Assembly (NCBI GenBank): GCA_963717505.1
Contig: OY970342.1
Coordinates: 256,001 to 320,000 of the forward strand
Direction: 5' to 3'
Length of the DNA stretch: 64,000 nt
Source of the DNA: Candidatus Eiseniibacteriota bacterium
Lineage (GTDB): Bacteria > Eisenbacteria > RBG-16-71-46
Below, one piece after another: positions 48,912 to 59,716 of the stretch. The notes under the pieces were generated by a model, which made no database searches, had not been told where the DNA came from, and saw only the letters and a program-made list of their open reading frames with translations. Within the stretch, counting starts at the first letter, position 1; every line of letters begins with the position of its first letter. Position numbers and translations under genes: made by a program.

Positions 48912-49604
48912 ATGAGATTCGCGATGATCGCGTTGCTCCTGTGCCTGGGGGTGTCGACGGCGTCGGCCGGCGAGCCCGCGGCCGCGGCGAGCGACAAGGC
49001 CTCCAGCGATGCGCCGGCGCTGCAGACTGCGGTCTGCCCGGTGTGCCGGCTCAACGGCGAAACCGAGCCCGAAGCGGTGAAGGCGACGCGCATCTGGAAC
49101 GGAACCACCTACGGGTTCTGCTCCGACAAGTGCGCGCAGACCTTCGACGCCAATCCCGCCGCCTACGTGCTCGGCGAACTGCCGTACACCGCACCCGCGC
49201 TCGCGGCCAAGGGGCTGGACGGCAAGCCGGTCACCCTCGAGAAGCATGCCGGCCAGATCGTGCTGGTCGACTTCTGGGCGACCTGGTGTGCGCCCTGCAT
49301 CAAGACCATGCCCGAGCTGCAGAAGCTGCACGATCGCTACGCGTCGCAAGGTGTGGTGATCCTCGGACTGTCGGTCGACGAGGATCCCAAGAAGGTCACC
49401 AAGTTCCTCAAGGGCAAGAAACTCACCTACCCGATCGCCCTCGATGCCGGCGAAACGCCGGCGTTCCAGACCTGGGGTGTTCAGGCCGTCCCGGCCGCGT
49501 TCCTGGTCGACCGTAGCGGCAAGGTGGTGGCGCGCTGGCTGGGTCGCACGGACCCGCGCGCCGTCGAGGAGGAAATCGAACTCCTTTTGAAAGCCGGCTC
49601 CTGA
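48912..49604 (+). CDS. Exported YHS-domain plus TlpA-like thiol:disulfide oxidoreductase
   Basis: Signal peptide; CPVC...YGFCSDKCAQTF (YHS); VDFWATWCAPC (TlpA); AVP cis-Pro loop. Confidence 0.9.
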   Translation: MRFAMIALLLCLGVSTASAGEPAAAASDKASSDAPALQTAVCPVCRLNGETEPEAVKATRIWNGTTYGFCSDKCAQTFDANPAAYVLGELPYTAPALAAKGLDGKPVTLEKHAGQIVLVDFWATWCAPCIKTMPELQKLHDRYASQGVVILGLSVDEDPKKVTKFLKGKKLTYPIALDAGETPAFQTWGVQAVPAAFLVDRSGKVVARWLGRTDPRAVEEEIELLLKAGS

Positions 49605-49753
49605 CCGAATTGCCGAATACCGGGCTTTGGCCCGGCTTCGGTCAAGGTCCGGACAAGATTACGCGACCTCCTGCAATTCCGTGGGACAACACACATCTCA
49701 ACCGGTAGCCTGTCGACTCTGGTTCCCGTCCTCCCTCTGAAAGGAGCAACTTC

Positions 49754-50407
49754 ATGAAGCGCGTACTCATGCTGGCGGCAATGGCCCTGGCCGCGACGGC
49801 GTCGCTGGTCGGCGCCGAGCCCGCCCCCTACAAGATCGACGTGACCCACTCGGAAGTCGGCTTCCGGATCCGCCACTTCTTCTCGAAGACGCCAGGCCGG
49901 TTCAACGACTACGCCGGCACGATCATGTTCGACGACAAGAACCTCGCGAACTCGTCGGTGGACGTGACCATCCAGACCGCGAGCATCTACACCAACAACG
50001 AGAAGCGCGACGGCCACCTGAAGAGCGCGGACTTCTTCGACGCCGAGAAACACCCGACGCTCACCTTCAAGAGCACCAAGATCGAGCCGGGCGAAGGCGG
50101 CAAGTTCAAGATCCACGGCGACCTGACCATGCGTGGCGTGACCAAGCCGGTGGTGCTCGATGCCGAGCTGGTCGGCAGTGGCAATCTAGGCCAGATGGGC
50201 ACGCGCGCCGGGTTCGCCGCCTCGACCATGGTCAATCGCAAGGACTACGGCATCCTCTGGAACCGGACGCTCGACCAGGGCGGCACCATGCTCGACGACA
50301 ATGTCACGATCGAGATCCAGATCGAGGCGATCAAGGTGGATCCGGCCAAGGAAGCAGCCGCAAAGGAAGCGGCGAAGCCGGCGGCGCCGGCCACGACTTC
50401 GAAGTAA
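49754..50407 (+). CDS. yceI: YceI-family lipid/polyisoprenoid-binding protein
   Basis: IDVTHSEVGFRIRH, RDGHLKSADFFD and GDLTMRGVTK motifs. Confidence 0.92.
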   Translation: MKRVLMLAAMALAATASLVGAEPAPYKIDVTHSEVGFRIRHFFSKTPGRFNDYAGTIMFDDKNLANSSVDVTIQTASIYTNNEKRDGHLKSADFFDAEKHPTLTFKSTKIEPGEGGKFKIHGDLTMRGVTKPVVLDAELVGSGNLGQMGTRAGFAASTMVNRKDYGILWNRTLDQGGTMLDDNVTIEIQIEAIKVDPAKEAAAKEAAKPAAPATTSK

Positions 50408-50430
50408 CCCTTCGCCGTCTCGGCAAAGCA

Positions 50431-50466
50431 AACGGCCTCCCGTCACCGGGAGGCCGTTCTGTTTTC
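50431..50466 (+). terminator. Rho-independent terminator
   Basis: AACGGCCTCCCG-TCAC-CGGGAGGCCGTT followed by CTGTTTT. Confidence 0.8.
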
Positions 50467-50515
50467 GCTACGGTAGGCCGCCGCCGCTTCCTCGCTCGAC
50501 GCGGGGCGGGTGCGA

Positions 50516-51130
50516 CTAGGGCTTGGTCTGGCTGGTTTCCGATGCCGAGCCTTCGACTGCCTTCGCACCAGTGCCGGCTTCCGCATCGGGGTGCGCGGCG
50601 ACCCACGTGTCGATCGCGGTCTTGAGTGCCGCGTGCTCTTCGGTGGCGCGCAGGCGCTCGAGTTGCGCGAGCTGCTCGCGAGCGCCCACCAGGTTGCCCA
50701 TCGCCAGGTGGGTTTCGCCCAGGTACTCGCGCGCCGGCGCATAGTCGAACTTGATTTCGAGGCACTTCTCGTACGCGGCCAGCGAGCGTTTGTAGTCGTT
50801 CAAGTTGCGCGCGGCGTAGCCGACCAGGTTCCAGGCTTCGAAGTACTTCTCGTCGAACTGGGTCGCGCGCTCGGCGCGGTCGAGTGCTTTGCGGAACTTC
50901 TTCTCGGCGTTCTTGGTCTTGCCCTTGGCCAGATCCTGCTTGGCCTTGCCGATCTCCTCGTAGGCCCCGGCGTAACTCAGCTCGGCTTCCTGCCGCGGGG
51001 TCTTGGCCTCGTTCGAACTCTCGGGCAGCGAAGAGGGCGTCGAGGGCGGTGAGGGCGGCGGCGAACCCCCATTGGCGTACGCGCTGCCAGCCACCAGCAG
51101 CAATGCGGGAATCAGCTTTCGAACGTTCAT
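50516..51130 (-). CDS. Exported TPR protein
   Basis: Signal peptide; EAWNLVGYAAR and AREYLGETHL TPR motifs. Confidence 0.8.
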   Translation of the reverse strand: MNVRKLIPALLLVAGSAYANGGSPPPSPPSTPSSLPESSNEAKTPRQEAELSYAGAYEEIGKAKQDLAKGKTKNAEKKFRKALDRAERATQFDEKYFEAWNLVGYAARNLNDYKRSLAAYEKCLEIKFDYAPAREYLGETHLAMGNLVGAREQLAQLERLRATEEHAALKTAIDTWVAAHPDAEAGTGAKAVEGSASETSQTKP

Positions 51131-51246
51131 GACGGACCTCACGGTTACGGCCGGGACATCGCCCGTCTACCCGCTCGCAGGTTCGACGCGGCTGGGCGCT
51201 CGTCCGAATTCTGCCACGGTTCCCACCGCGGTGGTAGTCTGCACCC

Positions 51247-51888
51247 ATGCCGACCCGACGAGGATCACGGCCGAGTCCGCGACGGTCCGCGACAAAACGA
51301 CGCAAGACGGTGCGTCCCAAGTCCATCGCCGCTCGTTCGAGAGCGACCGCCGCCGGGCCGGCACGCCGCAAGGCCGTCGCCGCACGCCCCACCCCCGCCC
51401 AGGACTCGATGTACCGATTGCGCATCGTCGAGATGCTGTCGGGAGGCAACGCTCACGTCACGTTCGCCGGCGCGATCGCCGAGTTCCCCGTGGAGTTGCG
51501 CGGCCAGCTGCCTCCGGGTGCAGCGCACACCCCATGGCAGGTGCTCGAGCACATGCGCATTACCCAATGGGACATCCTGGAATTCAGCCGCGACCCGGCT
51601 CATGTGTCGCCCAAGTTTCCGGATGGCTACTGGCCGGTCGAGGGCACACCCCCCGACGCCCGCGCGTGGGACCGTTGCATCGCCAAGTTCAACGCGGACC
51701 TCGATGCCATGAAGAAGTTGGTCGCTGACCCGCGGCGCGACCTGCACGCGCGCCTGATCCATCCGGACGCCAAGCCGCATCACACGCTGGCGCGCGAGGC
51801 CCTGGTGCTCGCGGATCACAACTCCTATCACCTTGGCGAGCTGATCCTAATCCGCCGCCTGCTCGGCGCGTGGCCCCGGACCCGGTAG
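51247..51888 (+). CDS. DinB/YfiT-family protein with a basic N-terminal extension
   Basis: HTPWQVLEHMR and ADHNSYHLGE metal-binding histidines. Confidence 0.85.
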   Translation: MPTRRGSRPSPRRSATKRRKTVRPKSIAARSRATAAGPARRKAVAARPTPAQDSMYRLRIVEMLSGGNAHVTFAGAIAEFPVELRGQLPPGAAHTPWQVLEHMRITQWDILEFSRDPAHVSPKFPDGYWPVEGTPPDARAWDRCIAKFNADLDAMKKLVADPRRDLHARLIHPDAKPHHTLAREALVLADHNSYHLGELILIRRLLGAWPRTR

Positions 51889-51938
51889 CCGCACACTCGC
51901 CCCGCGGCGTTCGCGGCTGCCTGGGTCGGTAGCCGACC

Positions 51939-53297
51939 ATGCGCCTGCCCAACCTGCTCGCGACGCGCAAAGGTCGTCTCGCTGCGTTCTTCGCGCTCTA
52001 CCTGACCGAGGGTATCCCACTCGGCTTCACCGCGACCGCGATCGCCACCCAGATGCGCCGGCAGGGCCTGGGGCCGGCCGAGATCGGCGCCTTCGTCGGC
52101 TCGCTCTATCTGCCGTGGGCCATGAAGTGGGCGGTCGGGCCGTTCGTCGACGTCTTCTCGTCGGAGCGCTTCGGCCGGCGCCGGCTGTGGATCCTGCTCA
52201 TGCAGTTCGCGATGGTCGGGTCGTTGATGGCGACGCTGCCGGTCAACTTCACCACCGAGCTCAAGCTGTTCACGCTGCTCATCCTGATCCACAACGCGTT
52301 CGGAGCGACGCAGGACGTGGCGATCGACGCGCTCGCGGTCAACTCGTTGCACGAGAACGAGCGCGGACTCGCGAACGGACTGATGTTCGGCGGCGCCTAC
52401 CTGGGTCAGGCGATCGGCGGCGCCGGTGTTCTGTTCCTGACGCCCTACGTCGGCTTCCAGAACACCTATTGGTTCGTGGCCGCGTGGATCCTGGCGGTCA
52501 CGTTCTTCGTAGCGCTGCCGATGCGCGAAGCGGCGAGCCCTCCCCAACCGCCGCGAACCAAGGGCGCGCTGGTCACGGCGATGCTCCAGGTCTGGCAGTT
52601 CATGAAGGACACGTTCATCGCCTTCGTCGGGCAGCGCGGCGCCCTGCTCGGCCTGCTGCTCGCTCTGCTACCGGCCGGGGCTTATGCCCTCGGACTCGCG
52701 CTCCAGTCCAACCTCGCGGTCGAGCTGGGCCTGGACGACACCCGGGTTGGGGCGCTCAACTTGTGGTCGACCGTGATCTCGGCGATTGGCTGCGTGGTCG
52801 GCGGCTGGCTGTCGGATCGCTTCGGCCGGCGCCGCACACTCGCGCTCTACTTGATTGGCACAGCGATTCCCACGGCCTACCTCGCCTGGGTCATGCAGCA
52901 AGTGGGGTGGATCATGCCGATCGATCCCCAGGCGGCCAATCGCCCGGTGCCACCCGAGGCATTGGTCGGCACGTTCTGGGCGATGGTGCTCGTCTACTCC
53001 GTGTTCCAGGGGCTGATGTACGGCACGCGCTCCGCGTTGTTCATGGACGTGACCACGCCCAAGGTCGCGGCCACCCAGTTCACCGCGTACATGGCGCTGC
53101 TCAACTTCGCGATCGCCTACTCGGCGCGCTGGCAGGGCCTGGCGGTCGAGCGGTGGGGCTACCCGATCACGTTGCTGCTCGATTCGGTCGCCGGAATCGT
53201 GTGTATCGCCGTGTTGCCGTTCATGGGTCGGCTGACCACACGCGATTCGCGCACGGTGCCGGTCGGAAGTGCAGTGCCCGAAGCGATCGGGCCGTGA
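51939..53297 (+). CDS. AmpG-like MFS transporter
   Basis: LYLTEGIPLG, LPWAMKW, ATQDVAIDA and ATQFTAYMA motifs. Confidence 0.88.
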   Translation: MRLPNLLATRKGRLAAFFALYLTEGIPLGFTATAIATQMRRQGLGPAEIGAFVGSLYLPWAMKWAVGPFVDVFSSERFGRRRLWILLMQFAMVGSLMATLPVNFTTELKLFTLLILIHNAFGATQDVAIDALAVNSLHENERGLANGLMFGGAYLGQAIGGAGVLFLTPYVGFQNTYWFVAAWILAVTFFVALPMREAASPPQPPRTKGALVTAMLQVWQFMKDTFIAFVGQRGALLGLLLALLPAGAYALGLALQSNLAVELGLDDTRVGALNLWSTVISAIGCVVGGWLSDRFGRRRTLALYLIGTAIPTAYLAWVMQQVGWIMPIDPQAANRPVPPEALVGTFWAMVLVYSVFQGLMYGTRSALFMDVTTPKVAATQFTAYMALLNFAIAYSARWQGLAVERWGYPITLLLDSVAGIVCIAVLPFMGRLTTRDSRTVPVGSAVPEAIGP

Positions 53298-55051
53298 AGC
53301 TGGCGTCGCCAGCCCTGAGCACATTGGCGCGCCGGTGTTGGATGGCGACGTTGGCGCTGGCCGCACCGGCGTTGGCGGCCGATCGATCGCCCAACTTCCT
53401 CAACATCAACCCCGCCTGGTCGCCCGACGGCACGCGTATCGCGTTCGAATCGCGCCGCGACGGGCAGGCCGAGATCTACGTCATGAACGCCGATGGCTCG
53501 GGGCAATGTCGTCTGACCTGGACGCCGGCCGACGACACGCATCCCTCGTGGTCGCCCGACGGTCGCCGCATCGTGTTCGACTCGAATCGCGACGGCGTCT
53601 GGAACCTCTACGTGTTCGACCCCGACGGCACGAACATCCGGCGGATCACCCACCAAGGAACCGCCACCGGCGAGGAGTTCGGACGCCATCCGTCGTGGTC
53701 GCCCGATGGCCGACACATCGCGTTCGACTCCGATCGCAACGGCAACCACGAGATCTACGTTTGCGAGCCGGACGGCTCGGACCCGGTGCGGGTGACGCGC
53801 GATCCGGGGTCGGACAACCACGCGTCGTGGTTTCCCGACGGCAGCCTGGTGTTCAACTCGAACCGCAGCGGCGACCAGGAGATCTACCGCGTCGGCGTTG
53901 ATGGTTCGCGCCTCACACGTCTGACCACGAGCCCGGGCGACGATGCCGGCGCCAAGGTCTCCCCCGACGGACAGCGCATCGGCTTCTTCTCGGCGCGCAC
54001 CGGTGGCCAGACCGACCTCTACGTGATGAACGCCGACGGCTCGGCACCGGTTCCGCTGGTCCCCGGGCCCGACACGGTCTACGAGCTGAGCTGGTCGCCC
54101 GATGGCAAGCAGATCGCGTTCTACTCCGACCGCGACCAGCGCTTCGAGATCTTTGTGATGAATGCGGTGATGGACGCCGAAGCCCGTGCGATCACGAACT
54201 CCGGCTTCGACAGCGTGTGGCCGGCCTGGTCGCCCGACGGCGAGTATCTGACGTTCTGCTCGAACCGCACCGGCGACATGGAAGTGTGGACCATGCGCCC
54301 CGACGGCTCGAGCGCCGAACGTTTGACCCACACGCCCGGGCGCGACGCTCACCCGGCGTGGTCGCCCGACGGCAAGCGCATCGCCTTCCAGTCGCCCCGC
54401 GACTTCGCCGTGCCGGAGCAGGTCGAGCTGTACGTGATGAACGCCGACGGCACGAGTCAGACGCGACTCACTCGGCTGCCGGGCTTCACCGGGGTTCCCG
54501 CGTGGTCGCCCGACGGCATGCGCATCGCGTTCCAGTCGCACGACGCCAAGCTCGACCGCTGGCGGATCTGCGTGATGAACGCTGACGGCACAGGCATAGG
54601 GACGATCACTCCGGGCCGGGCCAACGACCAGGTGCCGCACTGGTCGCCCGACGGGCGGCGGCTGCTCTTCTTCTCGGACCGTGCGGGCAAGAATCAGCTG
54701 TTCGTCATGGACTCGAGCGGCGCCAACGTGCGACCGTTGACCCGAGATACCACCGAGGCCTTCGCGGGTTCCTGGTCGCCCGAGGGCTCCCGGGTCGCGT
54801 TCATCTCGGGTCGCGGAGACTCGACCGAAGTCTTTATCATGAACGCCGACGGCACCGGCCGCGTGCCCCTGACTTCGGGGGCCCGCGCTACGGGGCAGCC
54901 GGCGTGGTCGCCCGACGGGAAGCGGTTGGCATTCCACTCGGCGGCCGCCGGCCGGAACGACATCATCATCATGCATGCCGACGGCTCGGAGTCGGTGCGG
55001 ATCACGCGCGGCGCCGAAGGCTGGCGTCACTGGAGTCCGGCAGCACCCTGA
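53294..55051 (+). CDS. Exported TolB-like protein with about 12 PD40 repeats (double propeller)
   Basis: Repeated PAWSPDG..IAF.S.R.G..EIYVMNADGS; GTGA overlap with the MFS gene. Confidence 0.88.
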   Translation: MKLASPALSTLARRCWMATLALAAPALAADRSPNFLNINPAWSPDGTRIAFESRRDGQAEIYVMNADGSGQCRLTWTPADDTHPSWSPDGRRIVFDSNRDGVWNLYVFDPDGTNIRRITHQGTATGEEFGRHPSWSPDGRHIAFDSDRNGNHEIYVCEPDGSDPVRVTRDPGSDNHASWFPDGSLVFNSNRSGDQEIYRVGVDGSRLTRLTTSPGDDAGAKVSPDGQRIGFFSARTGGQTDLYVMNADGSAPVPLVPGPDTVYELSWSPDGKQIAFYSDRDQRFEIFVMNAVMDAEARAITNSGFDSVWPAWSPDGEYLTFCSNRTGDMEVWTMRPDGSSAERLTHTPGRDAHPAWSPDGKRIAFQSPRDFAVPEQVELYVMNADGTSQTRLTRLPGFTGVPAWSPDGMRIAFQSHDAKLDRWRICVMNADGTGIGTITPGRANDQVPHWSPDGRRLLFFSDRAGKNQLFVMDSSGANVRPLTRDTTEAFAGSWSPEGSRVAFISGRGDSTEVFIMNADGTGRVPLTSGARATGQPAWSPDGKRLAFHSAAAGRNDIIIMHADGSESVRITRGAEGWRHWSPAAP

Positions 55052-55081
55052 GTCGACGTTCGAGGAAGAGGAGTCACACCC

Positions 55082-55321
55082 ATGGAATTCTTGCTTGCCC
55101 CGATCGTGGCGGTGATCGTCGTAGCCGCCATCTCCTGGTTCGCAGTGACCCTTCACCGCCGGACGCGACTGCAGGCGCCCCAACGCCAGCTCGAGCGCAT
55201 GGTGGGCCCCGAAGCGGCGGAACGGCTGACCCGCTTCGAACGCGAGCGCGACCCGAACCTGCCGGCGGCTGAGGCGGCGCGCCGAGCGCTCGAGCGCGCG
55301 GAGTACGACCGGGGTCGCTGA
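55082..55321 (+). CDS. Small single-TM membrane protein
   Basis: RBS GAGGAG; N-terminal hydrophobic helix. Confidence 0.6.
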   Translation: MEFLLAPIVAVIVVAAISWFAVTLHRRTRLQAPQRQLERMVGPEAAERLTRFERERDPNLPAAEAARRALERAEYDRGR

Positions 55322-55431
55322 ACGCAGCTCGGCGCGCGAGGGCGCCGGGCAACCTCAGTAGTGTCCCTGAGGTGAGTCGCTACGCGAAGCCATTCGGCAG
55401 CAACAGGATCAGTCCGTAGATGATTTTCTTG

Positions 55432-55459
55432 TTGACCCGTTCCAGTGGCGGCGTATTGT
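55432..55459 (+). promoter_or_regulatory. Candidate sigma70 promoter
   Basis: TTGACC-N16-TATTGT upstream of 55552. Confidence 0.45.
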
Positions 55460-55551
55460 CGGCTGTGCTCTAGCAGTTCCCCTTCCGCCGGAGATTCCCC
55501 CGCGTCAACCATGGACCGGGAAGGTCTATCGGGCCGCGCAGGGAGAATCCC

Positions 55552-58316
55552 ATGTCGAATCCAGTGTTGTCCCGCGTTGACTTGTTCATCACCAGGGACA
55601 AGTCCGCAGCCGATCGATCGCAGATCCCGCTCCCCAGTGCTCGGGTCGAGTTCTACGGTCAGGGAGCGACAGTGGCGGACGATGTCACCGTTCCGGGTTC
55701 CGGTTCGGAAGATGTCGACGTCTACGATCCCGGCGATCTCGAAGTCGGAAGCACACTTCGAGCGAACGGTTCGGGACCCGAACTCACCGTCACGGCCATT
55801 ACGACAGTACCTGCGTTTCCGGGGGTAACGCAGGTCACCCTCTCCAACGGCGGAGCCTCGGACCTCGATCTGACCACGGGAATGCGTCTGATCATTACCT
55901 CCAACCGGCCGACGCTCTACAGCGATCCGCTTGGGACGGTCGACCTCGGCAACCCATACGTAACCGCCGACAACGACAGTCGAGTCCTCGCCTACATCAA
56001 TCGTCGTCGGTACGACTACACGATTCCCGGCAAGGTCTACGCTCAGGTGACCTCGAACGGCACCTTGGCGGGTGGGAACGTGCTGTCGTGGAACCACAAC
56101 GACACCAACATCACGGCTCCCAACCGAATGGTCCTGGTCGGAATTTCGTGGCAGGGCTCGGTCGGCGGTGAGACCATCGACTCCGTCACGTACGGTGGAG
56201 TCGCTATGTCGTTGGTGGGCCAAACTAGCCTGACATCGGTCTACAAGCTTGCGAACCCACCGACCGGGCTGCAGACGGTGGTCGCGAACTTTGGAGCGTC
56301 GTCGCCGCCGGCGGTAGTTTACGCCGTCGGAGGAGCGGTCACCTATTCCGGCGTAGACGCCCTCTTGCCACTCGGCTCGGCATCAACGGCAACCGGGACC
56401 TCGACGGCACCCAGCGTTGGTGTCGGGACGACGTACGCAGATGGCCTAGTGTTCGACACAATGAGCGCGGGTGGCACCACCACGGCCAGCGCCGGCAGCG
56501 GGCAGACGCCGCAATGGAATCAAGCCTCGGGTGGAATCACCGTCCGCGGATGCGGCTCCCTGGAAGACGGAACGGGCTCCTCGGTGACCATGAGCTGGAC
56601 GTTGGGCACGAGCCGACCCTGGGGGATCCTGGGCGTAGGGCTCAAACCTGCGCTGCGAATTCATGTCGACGCGTTGGGAGGCACCCAGCGGTCACCATCA
56701 TGGCTCAACGCGAGGGATTTCGAGAGCATTCAAGTCGCGATCGACACCCTCCCGCCAGCAGGCGGAGTTGTCTACATCCCAGGCGGCGAGTACGAAGTCT
56801 TCGGCGAGGTTGACACCGTTCCAGGCCTCTTGATTCCGCCGGGGAAGGCAGTACATCTGCTGGGCGATGGGGCGGATCGAACGATCATCTTCTGCAGCGA
56901 CAAGAACGTCGACGTGATCTGGGTCCAGGGCTCCTACTCGACAATCGAGAACCTCACAATCCGTGGCGTTCCGGAAGTGCCAGATGGGGCGACGGAGGAG
57001 ATTCGGAGGCGAAGAGGACGCGGGATCGTCGTGGGTCAGGTCGGTGGGGCGGCCGAAGTAATGCGCCGGATCTCCATTCTCGGCTGCCGCATCATCGACA
57101 CCGCAAGTTGGTGCCTCTTCTTCTTGGACGAGGACGAACCGAATGGAGAGGCGGAGAAGACCCTGACGATTTGGGTCCACGTCGAGCGATGCGAGTTTCG
57201 CAATAACATTGTCGCCGGCGTACTGGGCCTTGGCAAAGGCTGCTTTCAGCACCTCTACGTAAGTTGTGGGTGGGAGTTCTTCAGAGGCTTCGCGGTGAGC
57301 GCCATAGGAGCCGAGGGAGTTACATTCCAGACCTGCACACTCGAGGATCGGCGAAGCGTGCCTGAGACGGTTATTGCGCCAGAGGACGAGTTTCCATATG
57401 TCGCATTCGATGGATGCAAGAATATTCGCGTCTTGTGCTGCTGGTTCGAGTCACATGCGACCAGCGCGGGTGACAACGAACACGACACCAAGTGGAGGTT
57501 CATCAACGTCGGCCCGACGTTAGCGTGTGAGGACGTGACAGTGGATAGTTGCCGGTTCGTCAGGCACGCAGGCAACTTTCCTAGGCTCATGAAGGTCAAG
57601 AACGCTTCCAAGGCCATCTCTCTGATCAACCCAACCTGCACACTCCTTGATACTTTGACGACAATAGGTTCACATCAACAGACCCTAATGACCTCGATGT
57701 CGTGGCAGAGGAAGGTAGCGAAGGCGAGATCGGGAGCGAGGTCTACCTCTCCGGAGGCATAGCTCACGCAGCGTCTGGAGAGATCAATTCCGTTGCCCTC
57801 TTCCTACCGAGCGTGAAGGGTCTCTCCATCTTCGCGTCGGGCCCCAGGGTAACGCCGCCTAGCGTGTCATCGGACGATCGGGACAGTACCCAAAGCCTGG
57901 CTCTAGACGCGAAGCAGGGAGACATGATTTTCAACACCACGACCGACCGTCCGGAGGTCCGCATCGGTGCCAGCTGGCAGCAGATTCCAAGTCGAGCAGC
58001 GTCGGCGGAGTTTGTGGACGACACCAGCATGTCGACTCCAGAAGACCTAATTTCGGATGGAGTTGCCGGTTTCTACCGGATCTCAGTGTACCTCGAGAAA
58101 GTGACAAGCGGCGCCGGCACTGTTCAGGCCGATGTAACGTGGACCGACGACGCAACGCAACGCACTCGTTCAGTGTCGGTGACCGACTCGGGGGCGAACG
58201 TGCTCGCCAGCGACGAATTCCCGATCTACCTCGCCGCTGGCGAGTCCATCGCATACCAGATTCTGACCCCCCAGAGTCATCAGGCGAGGGTACGATTGCA
58301 GGTAGAGGTAGCATAG
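55552..58316 (+). CDS. Phage tailspike-like / pectate-lyase-fold beta-helix protein; one gene split by a frameshift near 57650
   Basis: N-terminal ARVEFYGQG...LYSDPLGT...NP; WLNARDF..IQVAIDTLP..GGVVYIPGGEY beta-helix cap; continues YFDDNRFTSTDPNDLDVVAEEG into ORF 57702..58316. Lower GC than the flanks. Confidence 0.65.
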
Positions 58317-58318
58317 CA

Positions 58319-59716
58319 ATGAATTCTCCTTGGGGCTGTGGTCTGTTCCGTCATACGAGCTTGGCCATGGCCCTGGGGGTCACATGTCTTGTGCGTCCGG
58401 TGGCCGCCCAGCTGACGTTTGATTCACCTCTTCGGTATCCTGCGAACGACGCTTATGTTGTTACCTTCCTTCATTTCGACGGCGACCAAGCGCTCGATCT
58501 AGCAGTTCTTCAGGACGGTGAGGGTACTTTCGACGACTCTCTACTGGTCTTCTTGAACGACCGGGCAGGCAGCTTCGTCGCCGGCCCGGCGTTTCCCTGT
58601 AGCGCAGGCGTCGGGCGCATTGCGGCTGCTGACCTAGACCATGAAGGGCAGGATGATCTCGTAGTTACGTGCGTCTATGGAGATGTGATGGTCTTCTTGA
58701 ACAAGCCATCCGGCATCATGGTGACCACTTACCAGGTGCTCTCGAATCCAGGCTACGTCGATGTCGTCGACATCGATCATGATAGTGACATGGACTTGGC
58801 GATTGCCATCAATGGGTCGAACGGCATTCAATTGCTGACGAACAGTGGCAACGGCCAGTTTACATTTGGTCAACGACTAACTGGGATAGGGGTAATTGGT
58901 CAGATTGATTCTGCAGACTTCAACGAAGATGGCCACGTCGACATCGTTGTCGGCGTCGAAAATTCATCACGGTTAAACATCCTCTACGGGGATGGCGCGG
59001 GCAACTTCACACGAACGTGGTTCTCTTGGAACCCGCAATTTGCAGTGGCATCGGCGGACTTCGATGATGACGGCCATGCAGATATTGCCGCACGGGATGG
59101 GTCCCTGCGGTTCTTCTGGGGTGATGGTCAGGGTGGGTTCAGCGGGCCGACGTCAGTGTCGACTTTTGGGGCCGGGCTGTTGACGGTTGACGATTGGAAT
59201 CGGGATGGCCTTCCGGACTTAGCCGTGTCGTCCTACCTGAACCAATCGTACCAGACGTTTGTTGAGAATTTGGGCGCCCGCGGCTTTTCTGCCCAACCCT
59301 ACGACCTTGGTGGCTTCGGCACTGCGAGACTCGCGTCTGGAGATGTCGATGGGGATGGCTGGCCGGATCTTGCGGGAGGCAGCAAGTCCGCTTCGATCGT
59401 GTCGGTTCTTCGGAATGCCAATGCCCCAGCTACAGGGGTAGAGAGGTCACCACCAGCGGTCCGTCTGACCATCGCTCCGAATCCCGCGCAGCGTAGATTC
59501 ACCGCGGCGTTCGATCTGTCCGGAGCAGCCACCGCGACCCTGGAGCTCTGGGACGTGCAGGGTAGACGCCTGGACCGGCGTGACGTCGGCTCGTTCGGTC
59601 CCGGCCGCCACCAGATTGCATTCGGGAACAGCCGCCGACTGGCGCCTGGGATCTATCTCGTCCGACTGATCCAGGGAGATCGAGTGACCACCGCACGCGC
59701 CTGCCTGATTGAGTAG
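58319..59716 (+). CDS. Exported FG-GAP/VCBS repeat protein with CTD
   Basis: ADFNEDGHVDI, DFDDDGHADI and GDVDGDGWPDL repeats; APNP...DVQGRR...PGIYLVRL. Confidence 0.85.
   Translation: MNSPWGCGLFRHTSLAMALGVTCLVRPVAAQLTFDSPLRYPANDAYVVTFLHFDGDQALDLAVLQDGEGTFDDSLLVFLNDRAGSFVAGPAFPCSAGVGRIAAADLDHEGQDDLVVTCVYGDVMVFLNKPSGIMVTTYQVLSNPGYVDVVDIDHDSDMDLAIAINGSNGIQLLTNSGNGQFTFGQRLTGIGVIGQIDSADFNEDGHVDIVVGVENSSRLNILYGDGAGNFTRTWFSWNPQFAVASADFDDDGHADIAARDGSLRFFWGDGQGGFSGPTSVSTFGAGLLTVDDWNRDGLPDLAVSSYLNQSYQTFVENLGARGFSAQPYDLGGFGTARLASGDVDGDGWPDLAGGSKSASIVSVLRNANAPATGVERSPPAVRLTIAPNPAQRRFTAAFDLSGAATATLELWDVQGRRLDRRDVGSFGPGRHQIAFGNSRRLAPGIYLVRLIQGDRVTTARACLIE

Noticed and set aside
52115-55051. 978-aa TolB-like ORF
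   Set aside because: The first 393 codons are an alternate frame of the MFS gene. The real start is GTG 53294.
57640-57660. TGA near the tailspike junction as a second Sec codon
   Set aside because: The two ORFs are in different frames, so this is a frameshift rather than readthrough.
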